Shown here piece after piece: positions 45,451-55,177 of a DNA stretch of 64,000 nucleotides; positions within the stretch are counted from its first letter, which is position 1; every line of letters starts with the position of its first letter. The stretch lies in the NCBI GenBank assembly GCA_040754475.1, contig JBFMCN010000007.1, forward strand, positions 10,296-74,295, written 5' to 3'. Origin of the DNA: Actinomycetota bacterium (GTDB lineage Bacteria; Actinomycetota; UBA4738; HRBIN12). Both the position numbers and the translations under genes were made by a program. Under the pieces are notes generated by a model. It did not search any database. It had not been told where the DNA came from and saw nothing but the letters and a program-made list of their open reading frames with translations.

Positions 45451-45765
45451 CGCCCTCCCCTTTCTGTGGCCGCCTGCGCCCGGAGTGCAGCTTCAAGCGG
45501 CGAATGGATCGCTCTCCAGAAGGCATCGTATCAGCGCTTCGTGCGGTCGGGCGGGGTGTTCGCCGAAGGATGTTCGGCACCCCGTTTCGCCCGGCGCGGC
45601 CGGGAGCCGCACGGGTCCGGCGAAGGTGGTACGCTCGGCCGCGAGGGCACGGGCATCGTAGTTTGCATCTCGCACCACGAGCAGTTCCCTCCCGGCGACC
45701 TCGCCGGCAGGCCCGACGGGCGTGATCGTCGACCCGCTCGGTGCCAAGGAAGGAGGGGATTGCGA

Positions 45766-45969
45766 GTGGCAACCGGAACCGTGAAGTGGTTCAGCCCCGA
45801 GAAGGGGTACGGCTTCATCTCTCAGGAGGGCGGCCCCGACGTCTTCGTGCATTTCAGCGCGATCACGGGCGAGGGCTACCGAAACCTGGAGGAGGGTCAG
45901 CAGGTCGAGTTCGACGTCACGCAGGGTCAGAAGGGCCCTCAGGCGGCGAATGTTCGGCCCGTCGCCTGA
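45766..45969 (+). CDS. cspA: cold-shock protein (CspA family)
   Basis: [33 protein letters not shown] (RNP1/RNP2); GTG start with AAGGAGG 8 nt upstream. Confidence 0.9.
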   Translation: MATGTVKWFSPEKGYGFISQEGGPDVFVHFSAITGEGYRNLEEGQQVEFDVTQGQKGPQAANVRPVA

Positions 45970-45994
45970 GACTTCTAGAGCCCGAGAGACACAC

Positions 45995-46020
45995 GAGGGA
46001 CCCGTCTCGGCGGGTCCCTC
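45995..46020. terminator. bidirectional hairpin terminator between csp (+) and the RGG-tail gene (-)
   Basis: GAGGGACCCG-tctcgg-CGGGTCCCTC is a perfect 10-bp stem lying 26 nt after the csp stop and 27 nt after the minus-strand gene end. Confidence 0.5.
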
Positions 46021-46046
46021 GGCCGCTTCTTGAGCAGCCGGTCGGT

Positions 46047-46439
46047 TCAGCCCGAGGACGAGGGGGCGCTCGGTCCCGGCTGGGGTGCGGGCGGCGCGCC
46101 TTGAGTGGGCTTACGCCCCGACGGACCGGGTCCACGACCGCGGCCGCCACCACCGCCGCCGCGCCCGAACCCCCGGCCACCACCAAAGCCCTGACCTCGC
46201 GGACGTCGCTCGATCCGTACGACTTCCTGACCGGCGCGCGGGAGGCGCGACTTGAGAGGAACGTGCCCGGTCCGCTCGTAGCGAACCGCGATGTGGTCGA
46301 TCTCCTGCTTGCGCTCCATCTCGCGCCAGCCTTCGGCCAGGAGACGCCGGTGCCGGCCTGCGGCGCTCCTGCGCAGCTTGTCGGTGTTCGGGACCTTGAG
46401 ATACAGACGCTCGATGAGGGTTTCCTTGTGATCCGCCAT
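46047..46439 (-). CDS. hypothetical protein with basic N-domain and Gly/Arg-rich (RGG-like) C-terminal tail
   Basis: MADHKETLIERLYLKVPNTDKLRR...IAVRYERTGHVPLK then GQGFGGGRGFGRGGGGGGRGRG. Likely nucleic-acid binding; family not recognised. Confidence 0.5.
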   Translation of the reverse strand: MADHKETLIERLYLKVPNTDKLRRSAAGRHRRLLAEGWREMERKQEIDHIAVRYERTGHVPLKSRLPRAGQEVVRIERRPRGQGFGGGRGFGRGGGGGGRGRGPGPSGRKPTQGAPPAPQPGPSAPSSSG

Positions 46440-46474
46440 GCCGCCAAGGGTAGCAGGCAGACCGTTCCCACCTC

Positions 46475-48343
46475 GTGGCCGATAAGCTGATGCACCGGCC
46501 GGACGGGGTGGAGGGAAGGATGGACAAGGTCCAGGCGTGGAACGAGCTGGCGGCGCAGCTGAGCGTCGATGGTATCCGGGCGACCACGGCGGCCGGATCG
46601 GGACACCCGACCTCGTCGATGTCCGCGGCGCACTTGCTGGCCGTGCTCTTCGCCGATCATCTTCGGTACGACGTCACCGATCCGAAGAGCCCCGCGAACG
46701 ACCGGTTCGTGCTGTCCAAGGGGCACGCATCGCCGCTCATGTTCTCGGTGCTGAAGGCGGTCGGGGCCATCGGCGACGAGCAGCTCATGTCCTACCGGAA
46801 GTTCGGCAGCCCGTTGCAGGGACACCCCGTTCCGCTCCCCGACATGCCGTGGATCGACGTGGCGACCGGCTCGCTCGGCCAGGGACTGCCGATCGGCCTC
46901 GGCATGGCGCTCGCGATGAAGCTCGACGGCAACCGGGCGCGCGTCTGGGTGCTGTTGGGCGACTCCGAGGCGGCCGAGGGGTCCGTGTGGGAGGCCATGG
47001 CGAACGCCTCGCACCACGAGGTCACCAACCTCATCGGCATCCTCGACATGAACAGACTCGGCCAGCGAGGACCGACGATGCTCGAGTGGCGCGGCGAGGT
47101 CTACGCCGAGCGGGCGTCGGCGTTCGGGTGGGATCCGATCCTCGTCGACGGCCACGACGTCGCGGCGATCGACCGCGCCTACTCGCAGGCCGAGGGGGCC
47201 GCGCGGCCGGTCCTGATCGTCGCGAGGACCGAGAAGGGCCACGGCGTGTCGTTCCTGGCGGATCGGGGAGGCTGGCACGGGAAGGCCCTGTCGGACGAGG
47301 ACGCCGAGAACGCGATCGCGGAGCTCGGTGGGCCGCGATCGATGACGATCACGCCGCCCAAGCCCGAGCCATGGAGGCCGAGCGGAATGGCGTCCGCGTA
47401 CCGGCCGCCGTCCTTCCAAGAGCCGATCGCCACGCGGAAGGCTTTCGGCGAGACGCTGGCCGCCATGTCGTCGGCCCCGGAGCTCGTCGTCCTCGACGGT
47501 GAGGTCTCCAACTCGACCTATACGGAGGACTTCCAGAAGGTCGCGCCTGAGCGGTTCGTCGAGCTGTACATCGCCGAGCAGTGCATGGCAGGGGTTGCCG
47601 TCGGGCTGCAGGCGATGGGAAAGACCGTGTACGCGGCGACCTTCGGAGCGTTCCTCACGCGTGCCTACGACTTCGTGCGGATGGCCGCGGCGAGCCGTGC
47701 GAACGTGCGTCTGTGCGGTTCGCACGCCGGCGTGTCCATCGGCGAGGACGGACCGTCGCAGATGGCGCTCGAGGATCTTGCGATGATGCGCGCCGTCTGC
47801 GGCTCCACAGTCCTGTACCCGGCCGACGGCAACTCGGCCGGGAAGCTCACGGCCTCGATGGCCGAGCTCCCCGGCGTCTCCTACATACGCACGACGCGCG
47901 AGAAGACACCGAAGCTGTACGAGCCGTCGGAGGACTTCCCGATCGGCGGGAGCAAGGTGCTTCGGTCCGGCGAAGCCGATCGTGCCGCGATCGTCGGGGC
48001 AGGCGTCACCGTCTTCGAGGCGCTGAAGGCCGCCGACGAGCTCTCGTCCGAAGGCACGGCGGTCCGAGTGATCGATGCCTACTCGGTGAAGCCGATCGAC
48101 ACCGAAACCCTCCGTGCTGCACTGCGTGAGACTCGCCTCGTGGTCGTTGTCGAGGACCACTGGATCGAGGGCGGTCTTGGGGACGCCGTGCTCGAGGCTC
48201 TCGCTGCCGGTGGGGAGCTCTCCGGCCGCGTGATCAAGCTCGCCGTGGCTGAGATGCCGGGCTCCGGTACCCCGGACGAGCTGCGCGAGTGGGCCGGTAT
48301 CTCCGCTGCGAAGATCGCCGATGCGGTGCGTGCCGCGCTGTAG
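46475..48343 (+). CDS. tkt: transketolase (single-chain, short form)
   Basis: TPP motif GSGHPTSSMSAAHLL...GHASPLMFSV, GDSEAAEGSVWEA, and C-terminal transketolase domains. The start may be the Met at about 46520. Confidence 0.9.
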   Translation: MADKLMHRPDGVEGRMDKVQAWNELAAQLSVDGIRATTAAGSGHPTSSMSAAHLLAVLFADHLRYDVTDPKSPANDRFVLSKGHASPLMFSVLKAVGAIGDEQLMSYRKFGSPLQGHPVPLPDMPWIDVATGSLGQGLPIGLGMALAMKLDGNRARVWVLLGDSEAAEGSVWEAMANASHHEVTNLIGILDMNRLGQRGPTMLEWRGEVYAERASAFGWDPILVDGHDVAAIDRAYSQAEGAARPVLIVARTEKGHGVSFLADRGGWHGKALSDEDAENAIAELGGPRSMTITPPKPEPWRPSGMASAYRPPSFQEPIATRKAFGETLAAMSSAPELVVLDGEVSNSTYTEDFQKVAPERFVELYIAEQCMAGVAVGLQAMGKTVYAATFGAFLTRAYDFVRMAAASRANVRLCGSHAGVSIGEDGPSQMALEDLAMMRAVCGSTVLYPADGNSAGKLTASMAELPGVSYIRTTREKTPKLYEPSEDFPIGGSKVLRSGEADRAAIVGAGVTVFEALKAADELSSEGTAVRVIDAYSVKPIDTETLRAALRETRLVVVVEDHWIEGGLGDAVLEALAAGGELSGRVIKLAVAEMPGSGTPDELREWAGISAAKIADAVRAAL

Positions 48344-48383
48344 GGGTGACTTCGCGAAGCCCGTCCGGCCAGGCCTTCGGGGG

Positions 48384-50099
48384 CTAGACCTCCAGGGGAA
48401 CGAGCTCGAAGCGGTTGACGTCGACCAGCCCGCGATCGGTGATCTTCAGCTCGGGCACGACCGACAGCGCAAGGAACGACATCGCCATGAAGGGCGAAGG
48501 GAGCGTGACGCCCAGCTCGAACGCTGCCTTCTCGGTGGCCCGTACGGCGGCCGCCACCGCCTCCACAGGTAGGTCGGAGAGCAGGCCTCCGAACGGACAC
48601 GGGATCTCGCCGGTCACCTCGCCTCCCACGACGGCCACCTGGCCGCCGCCGATGTTTGCGAGCCGGTTCACGGCCGCCGCCATGTCGTCGTCGTCGACGC
48701 CGACCACCACCACGTTGTGTGCGTCGTGGGCGTGGGTGGAGGCGAGGGCGCCCCGCCGGAGGCCGAACCCACGGACGAACCCAAGGCCGATCCTCCCGGT
48801 CCGCTTGTGCCTCTCGACGACGGCGATCTTTGCGAGCCCACGCTCGGGCGCCGCCACGGCCTCCCCCTCGATGCAAACGGGATCCTCGACGAGCGCGCGG
48901 GTCACGATCTGGCCCGGGTAGACGCCGATCACGCGAACACGGCCGTTCGCATCCATCCTGAAGGCCTGTGCGGAAAGGTGCGGGACGTGGACGCTCCCGC
49001 GCATCCAATCCGGCATCCGCGATCTCGCGATCTCGGCGGCGACCCCGTTCTCCGCGACGAGCCGCCCGCGCTTGAACACGCGAACCGGCCGGAACTGCTC
49101 GAGATCCTCCACCGCCACGACGTCGGCGAGGTATCCGGGCGCGACTGCTCCGTGCTCGTGGAGCCGGTGGTAGCGGGCGGCGTTCAGCGTCCCCATCAGC
49201 ACGGCGTCGGCCGCCGGGCAGCCGAGCGCGACGGCCTTGCGAACGATGTCGTTGATGTGGCCCTCGTCGAGGAGGTGGGCGGGCTCACGGTCGTCCGTGC
49301 AGAACAGGGAGTTCGCGGGTCCGTATTCCGTCACGACGGGCAGGAGAGCCTCGAGGTTCCGGGCGGCCGAGCCCTCCCGGAGCATGATCCACATCCCGAG
49401 ACGCCGCTTCTCGAGGGCTTCCTCGTAGGTCGTGCACTCGTGGTCGCTCCGGACGCCGGCGGTCAGATAGGCGTTCAGCGCGGCGCCCGACAGCCCCGGC
49501 GCGTGTCCGTCGATGTGATCAGAACCCACCAGCAGCTTCGCGATGGTGCTCTCCTCGCCTTCTACGACGGAGCGGAAGTTCATCATCTCGGCCACACCGA
49601 GGGCGTTCGGCTCCTCGGTGAGGAACCGAGCGATGTCGTCGGCGTCGATGGTTGCCCCACTCGACTCGAAGGGACTTGCCGGCACGCACGAGGACACCAT
49701 CACGTAGACGTCGATGGGCACCGAGTGTGCGGCGGCCAGAAGCGCTCGCACGCCCTCCAAGCCGAAGACGTTGGCGATCTCGTGAGGGTCGAGGACCACC
49801 GTCGTCGTGCCCCACGGGAGAGCGGCTCGTGCGAACTCGTCGGGCGGCAGCTTGGTGGACTCGATGTGCATGTGTCCGTCGATGAAGCCGGGGAGTAGGA
49901 GGAGCCCGGAGACGTCGGCGGTCTCGCGTCCCTCGTAGCGCCCGAGGCCGACGACGTGCTCGCCCGCGATCGCGACGTCCACGTCGAGCAGCTCACCGGT
50001 GAACACGGAGAGGACGCGTCCACCTGCGAGCACGAGGTCGGCGGGGGCGTCGCCGCGGGCGACGGCCAGACGGTGCACCAGGTCGCCGGTGCCTTCCAT
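48384..50099 (-). CDS. ade: adenine deaminase
   Basis: Amidohydrolase GFIDGHMHIES, later HAPG.., with the adenine deaminase C-terminal domain. Met at 50099 (MEGTGDL...) preferred over 50216 to avoid overlap with the divergent gene. Confidence 0.85.
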   Translation of the reverse strand: MEGTGDLVHRLAVARGDAPADLVLAGGRVLSVFTGELLDVDVAIAGEHVVGLGRYEGRETADVSGLLLLPGFIDGHMHIESTKLPPDEFARAALPWGTTTVVLDPHEIANVFGLEGVRALLAAAHSVPIDVYVMVSSCVPASPFESSGATIDADDIARFLTEEPNALGVAEMMNFRSVVEGEESTIAKLLVGSDHIDGHAPGLSGAALNAYLTAGVRSDHECTTYEEALEKRRLGMWIMLREGSAARNLEALLPVVTEYGPANSLFCTDDREPAHLLDEGHINDIVRKAVALGCPAADAVLMGTLNAARYHRLHEHGAVAPGYLADVVAVEDLEQFRPVRVFKRGRLVAENGVAAEIARSRMPDWMRGSVHVPHLSAQAFRMDANGRVRVIGVYPGQIVTRALVEDPVCIEGEAVAAPERGLAKIAVVERHKRTGRIGLGFVRGFGLRRGALASTHAHDAHNVVVVGVDDDDMAAAVNRLANIGGGQVAVVGGEVTGEIPCPFGGLLSDLPVEAVAAAVRATEKAAFELGVTLPSPFMAMSFLALSVVPELKITDRGLVDVNRFELVPLEV

Positions 50100-50142
50100 C
50101 TTCAAGAGGGTACTCCCGGCGCGCGGATGTAGCATGGGCCGG

Positions 50143-50796
50143 ATGTCGGCCACGCTCACCCCCACCAAGCCTCGCCTGCGAGGGTGGATCCACGAGATCG
50201 CGTTCTTCGTATCCATCCCCGCAGGTATTGCGCTCGTTCTCCTGGCCGGGAGCGCGCTCGCGAAGATCGTGGCGGGTGTCTACGCCCTGAGCCTGACCGC
50301 CGTGCTCGGATCCAGTGCCGCCTATCACCGGGGCCGGTGGTCACCTGTGGCGCTCCGCAGGATGAAGCGCCTGGATCACTCGATGATCTTCGTGCTGATC
50401 GCCGGGAGCTATACGCCGGTCAGCGTCCTGGTGCTGCACGGGGCGTCGTCGGTAGTGATGCTTTCGCTCGCGTGGGCCATCGCGGCAGTAGGGATCACCC
50501 TGAAGCTTGCGAGGATCGACGGCCTTCACATCACGACCGGGATCCTGTACATGGGAGCGGGGTGGCTCGTGCTCGTCGCGTTCCCGCAGCTCGTGCATGG
50601 GCTGTCGCTACCGGCCATCGTCCTCCTGGTCGCTGGCGGGCTCCTATACACGATCGGCGCGATCGTCTTCGCGAGCAAGAGACCCGACCCCAGGCCGGAT
50701 ACGTTCGGGTACCACGAGGTGTGGCACTCGTTCTTGACTGCCGCCGCCGTGTGCCACTGGGTGATGATCCTGCTGGTTGTCCGAGCCGCCAGCTAG
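50143..50796 (+). CDS. hemolysin-III / PAQR-family membrane protein
   Basis: Seven predicted TM helices and an HEIAF...H..VWH-type His pattern. ATG at 50143 chosen inside track ORF 49999..50796. Confidence 0.8.
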   Translation: MSATLTPTKPRLRGWIHEIAFFVSIPAGIALVLLAGSALAKIVAGVYALSLTAVLGSSAAYHRGRWSPVALRRMKRLDHSMIFVLIAGSYTPVSVLVLHGASSVVMLSLAWAIAAVGITLKLARIDGLHITTGILYMGAGWLVLVAFPQLVHGLSLPAIVLLVAGGLLYTIGAIVFASKRPDPRPDTFGYHEVWHSFLTAAAVCHWVMILLVVRAAS

Positions 50797-50939
50797 CTCT
50801 CTGGTAGGCTTGCCCTCACGGACGGCGATCGCCGTCCCGTGAGGTTTCGTTCTCCTCGTTCCTCCTTGCGGTGGTGTCGGGGCTCGCGCAGAACCTCCCC
50901 GACAGTGCGGCCGGAGAGCCGCAGAGCAAGGAGTCGAAG

Positions 50940-52136
50940 ATGCCCTTACCGTCGTTCACAGATCTCGGCGTGTCCGAGGCGGTAACCGATACTCTGGCGC
51001 GACGCGGGATACGGACGCCGTTCCCAATCCAATCGATGGTGATGCGCGACGCGCTTGCCGGCGTCGACGTCCTGGGGAAGTCGCAGACCGGCTCGGGCAA
51101 GACGCTCGCGTTCGCGATCCCCATCGTCGAACGGACCGAGGCGTCCGGGCCGCTCCCTTCGGCGCTCGTGCTGGTGCCCACACGCGAGCTCGCCGCGCAG
51201 GTCGCGGAGGAGTTCGCTGACGTCGCGAAGGCCAAGGGCCTACGGGTCGCCGTCGCCTACGGCGGAATCGGCATCCGCGAGCAGGGTCGCGCCATTGCGA
51301 AGGCCCAGATCCTCATCGCGACGCCGGGTCGGCTCGAGGACATCGCCGAACGGCGGCTTGTGAAGCTGGAAGGCGTCCGGATCCTGGTGCTGGACGAGGC
51401 AGACCGGATGCTCGACATGGGGTTCCAGCCCCAGGTGGATCGCATCGTCCGCCGTCTGCCCAAGGACCGGCAGACGATGTTCTTCTCTGCCACCCTCGAC
51501 GGCGATGCCGGCAGGATCGCCCAGGCCTACACGGGCGACGCGAAGCGGCACGAGGTCGCAAGCGAAGCGAAGACCGTCGAGGAGGTCCGCCACCGCTTCA
51601 TACCCGTGTCCATCCACGACAAGGTCGATGCGCTCGTCGAGATCCTGCGCGCAAACCGCGAGCTCTCGCTGGTGTTCGTTCGCACGAAGCGTGGCGCCGA
51701 CCGCCTTGTGCATAGGCTGAAGGCCAGGAGCGTCCGCGCCGATGCCATGCACGGGGACATGACTCAGCCGGCCCGCAAGCGGGCGCTGGCGCGGTTCGAG
51801 ACGGGGAAGGTCGACGTGCTCGTGGCAACGGACGTCGCTGCCCGCGGCCTCGATCTCAAGGGCATCAGCCACGTGGTCAACTTCGATCCGCCGGAGGATG
51901 AGAAGGGCTACGTGCACCGCATCGGCCGCACGGCGCGAGCAGGGCGAAGTGGCGTCGGCGTCACCCTCGTCACGGCGGAGCAGTTGGGCGACGTGAGTCG
52001 CATGGCCGCGCGCCTTGACCTGCACGAGGAGTTCCAGGAGGAGGGCCTGACGATCGCGCCCCCGCGGGTCGTGTTCTCGGGTTCGTCGCGCGGAGGCCGG
52101 TCGTCGCTCCACCGGCGGACTCGTCGCCGCTTGTGA
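50940..52136 (+). CDS. DEAD-box ATP-dependent RNA helicase
   Basis: Q-motif, Walker A SQTGSGKT, DEAD (VLDEADRM), SAT, HRIGRTARAG. Confidence 0.9.
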   Translation: MPLPSFTDLGVSEAVTDTLARRGIRTPFPIQSMVMRDALAGVDVLGKSQTGSGKTLAFAIPIVERTEASGPLPSALVLVPTRELAAQVAEEFADVAKAKGLRVAVAYGGIGIREQGRAIAKAQILIATPGRLEDIAERRLVKLEGVRILVLDEADRMLDMGFQPQVDRIVRRLPKDRQTMFFSATLDGDAGRIAQAYTGDAKRHEVASEAKTVEEVRHRFIPVSIHDKVDALVEILRANRELSLVFVRTKRGADRLVHRLKARSVRADAMHGDMTQPARKRALARFETGKVDVLVATDVAARGLDLKGISHVVNFDPPEDEKGYVHRIGRTARAGRSGVGVTLVTAEQLGDVSRMAARLDLHEEFQEEGLTIAPPRVVFSGSSRGGRSSLHRRTRRRL

Positions 52137-52150
52137 ACGGAAGCGGCCGG

Positions 52151-54088
52151 TCAGCCGGCGAGGGGCTCGATGATGCTGAGCCCCGAGTGACGATGATGCG
52201 TGAGGATCTCCTCGGCGGGAACCGGCCTGCTGAAGTGGTAGCCCTGGCCGAGCGGACACTTGTTGCCGACGAGGAACCGCCATTCCTCCTCAGTCTCGAT
52301 GCCCTCGGCGAGCGGGAGCATGCCGAGCCCGTCCGCCAGCTGGATGATCGCCCGCACCATGCTGCCGGCCTGCGGATCGCTCGCCACGTCGCGGACGAAC
52401 GAGCGGTCCACCTTGAGGATGTCGACGGGCATGTGCTTGAGGCGCGAGAGCGAGGAGTAGCCGGTGCCGAAGTCGTCGATGGCCAGACGCAGGCCGCGAG
52501 CGTGCAGATCCCAGAGGATCCGTTGCGTTCGATCCGGGTCGGTCATCGCGGCGGATTCCGTGATCTCTACGACGACCCTTGTGGGATCGACCCCTTGCGC
52601 GTCGAACCGCGACACGATCCTGTCGGACACGTCGGGCTGCCAGAGCTGTCGGGGGGAGAGGTTGAACGAGATGTCCTGGATGTTCAGTCCCTCCCCGCGC
52701 CACTCGGCGTCCTGACGGGCGAGTTCCTCCATGACCCAGTCGCCGATGACCTCGATAAGGCCCATCTCCTCGGCGAGCGGGATGAACTCGCCCGGCGGTA
52801 CCAGGCCGCCGTTCGGGTCGGCCCAGCGGAGCAGCGCCTCGACCCCCACCATCTGCCCGCTGGCGAGGTCGACGACCGGCTGGTAGTGGAGCACCCAGTG
52901 TCGATGCTCCACGGCTTTGCGCAGCCTCGTCGTGAGCGAGAGCCTGCCGAGCGCGTCGCTGTCCTGCTTGACGTGCACCACGTATCCGCCCGGCGCCGTC
53001 TTCTTGCTCTGGTACATGGCAGCGTCTGCGTTCCTGAGGAGAGCCGTGGCGTCTTCGGCGTCCTGCGGGAACAGGCTGACACCTATGCTCGCAGTCACGT
53101 ACACCTCGGTGCCCTGGAGCTCGAACGGCTGCTGGAGCGCTTCCTGGATCCGTGTGACGACGGACTCGGCGACGAGCATCGCACCGCTAGTGTCCTCTGG
53201 GAACGGCGTCGACCCGTGGTCGAGGTCGGCAAGGAGCAGCAGGAACTCGTCGCCGCCCTGGCGGGCCACAAGGTCGGTCTCACGTGTGGCCTCGCGGAGG
53301 CGCCACGCCAGCTGACGGAGCAGCTCGTCGCCGACCTCGTGGCCGAGGCTGTCGTTCACGAGCTTGAAGTCATCGAGATCCATGGTGATCACCGCGACCG
53401 CCGTGTCGTGCCGGCGCGCTCGGGCGAGGGCAAGTTCGAGAAGCTCCTCGAACATCGCCCTGTTGGGAAGCTCTGTCAGAGCGTCGTGGTAGGCGATGAA
53501 CGCGACCTGCTCCTCGGCCCGCTTCTGTTCGGTGATGTCGAGCATGAGGCCGTGGACGAAGGCAGGGCTGCCGTCCTCGCTTTGGACAACGACCGCGCTG
53601 TCTCGGAACCACATCATGCTGCCGTCGAACGTGATCAGGCGGTACTCGAGTGCAAAGGGCTCGCCCGACCTCCGCCCCTGGAGGTAGGTGCTTACAACGC
53701 GCTCCTTGTCCTCCGCATGGAGGCGCTCGTACCAGAGCCTGGGGTCGGCGACGATCCCCGTGGGTGCGGTCCCGAGCAGTCTCTCGATCTGCGGGCTGAC
53801 GTGGGAGGTGGTCAGATCGTCATCGACGGCGTCGATGTAGATGATCGCCGGGATCTGCTCGACGAGCGCCCGATAGCGGGCGTTGGCCTCCCGAAGCTCT
53901 TCGTCCGTGCGCTGGAACTCGGCAGCGAGGTCCTTCAGCAACTCGACGATGTCCGGTGCCGCTCCGGCCGGACGCGACAGCAGTCGATCGATGGCATCCA
54001 GAGCCTTCACCCTGTCACGGGTGCCGTGTTGCCCCCGGGCATCGGACACGCAGCGATCCCTCCTCGCGGCCACTTCTCTCGCGGCCAC
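52151..54088 (-). CDS. PAS-GGDEF-EAL c-di-GMP turnover protein
   Basis: PAS region, GGDEF (RQGGDEFLLLL) and EAL (EALLRW...YQPVVDL) domains. Confidence 0.85.
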   Translation of the reverse strand: MAAREVAARRDRCVSDARGQHGTRDRVKALDAIDRLLSRPAGAAPDIVELLKDLAAEFQRTDEELREANARYRALVEQIPAIIYIDAVDDDLTTSHVSPQIERLLGTAPTGIVADPRLWYERLHAEDKERVVSTYLQGRRSGEPFALEYRLITFDGSMMWFRDSAVVVQSEDGSPAFVHGLMLDITEQKRAEEQVAFIAYHDALTELPNRAMFEELLELALARARRHDTAVAVITMDLDDFKLVNDSLGHEVGDELLRQLAWRLREATRETDLVARQGGDEFLLLLADLDHGSTPFPEDTSGAMLVAESVVTRIQEALQQPFELQGTEVYVTASIGVSLFPQDAEDATALLRNADAAMYQSKKTAPGGYVVHVKQDSDALGRLSLTTRLRKAVEHRHWVLHYQPVVDLASGQMVGVEALLRWADPNGGLVPPGEFIPLAEEMGLIEVIGDWVMEELARQDAEWRGEGLNIQDISFNLSPRQLWQPDVSDRIVSRFDAQGVDPTRVVVEITESAAMTDPDRTQRILWDLHARGLRLAIDDFGTGYSSLSRLKHMPVDILKVDRSFVRDVASDPQAGSMVRAIIQLADGLGMLPLAEGIETEEEWRFLVGNKCPLGQGYHFSRPVPAEEILTHHRHSGLSIIEPLAG

Positions 54089-54227
54089 TTCGGTATCGGT
54101 CGAGGGCGGGCGGGGGCTGAGTCGGTCGAGAGGCGGAGACCGAGATGGAGGACGCGGCGGGTGGGCTGATCCACGGCCGAGTAGGCCGGTCTGCCGCGGG
54201 TGGGCCGGTCTACCGCGGAACTCGCTG

Positions 54228-55085
54228 CTAGCAGGTGTGCTCGTCCGGCAGGAGAGGCCGGAAGACGAGTGAGTGCTTCTTGCCCTCGCTCCGCCACGGG
54301 GTGAGCTCGTTCGCGCGCTCTGCTTCCGGAAGCAGGAGGGCCAGGTCGGACCCCCTCACGACGCCGCACCGCATGTCGGCGAAGGTGGCCTCGGATCGCC
54401 CGAACGAAGCGAGGGGCTCCGAGAGCGGCCAATCGATCGGCTGCTGCCGCAGGCCCTGATCGCTTGGGCCAGCATAGGGCTGCACGTAGAGCCGGAGCTC
54501 GCTGGCCTCGAACGACGAGGGTTCGCCGACCGAGCCTTGGGGAAGCCAGTTCGAGAGGTCGCTCAGGTTGGCCTGAAAGACCGCGAGCTTCGACCGTGCC
54601 TCCACGTCGGATCCCTCGCAAGTTCCCTGATCCATGCCCAGGGCGTAGGCCGACACCACATGCTTCTCGCCGGCAGCGAAGAGCGTGAAGGTCGTCGTCG
54701 GCGCGTCGAAGATGCCCGCGCACTCGTAGTGGGCGTCTGGGCCCATCAGGCCTGCCTTCTGCGCCGCCTCCAGGATGGCCTGAACGCCGCCCTCGGAGAC
54801 CGTCTCGGCGACTAGGTTCGGCAGGGCCGGACCAGGGTAGATCTCGATCTGCGGTCCCTGAGTGATCAGCCGGCCGCCGCCGTAGAGGGAGAGCTGGGGG
54901 ATCTGCTTGAGCGCCCACGCCGGGGCGACGAAGCCGCCGCCAGTCTCTACGCGCAGGACCAGGTCGTTCGGGCCGGTCGGATGCTCGATCGCCGGCCCGC
55001 CTCCCCCGTCTCCGCCCGACCGGCCACACGCGCCGGTGAGCAGGGCGAGCACAACGATCGGAACTGCGAGGCTTCGGCTCTTCAT
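54228..55085 (-). CDS. hypothetical lipoprotein
   Basis: Signal peptide with lipobox LLTGAC; complex composition; no recognised family. Confidence 0.55.
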   Translation of the reverse strand: MKSRSLAVPIVVLALLTGACGRSGGDGGGGPAIEHPTGPNDLVLRVETGGGFVAPAWALKQIPQLSLYGGGRLITQGPQIEIYPGPALPNLVAETVSEGGVQAILEAAQKAGLMGPDAHYECAGIFDAPTTTFTLFAAGEKHVVSAYALGMDQGTCEGSDVEARSKLAVFQANLSDLSNWLPQGSVGEPSSFEASELRLYVQPYAGPSDQGLRQQPIDWPLSEPLASFGRSEATFADMRCGVVRGSDLALLLPEAERANELTPWRSEGKKHSLVFRPLLPDEHTC

Positions 55086-55177
55086 GGGCGTGCCCCCCGA
55101 TCCTACTCTCGCGCTTACCCCGTCAGGGCCGTGCTTGGACGGCGTCGGGCCGGTCCGCGTTCCCGGTTCGAGCAGCT

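Noticed and set aside
45917-48160. 747-aa minus-strand ORF
   Set aside because: Antisense to transketolase, which has clear TPP motifs on the plus strand.
52133-54169. 678-aa plus-strand ORF
   Set aside because: The opposite strand carries intact GGDEF and EAL motifs. The plus ORF is low complexity.
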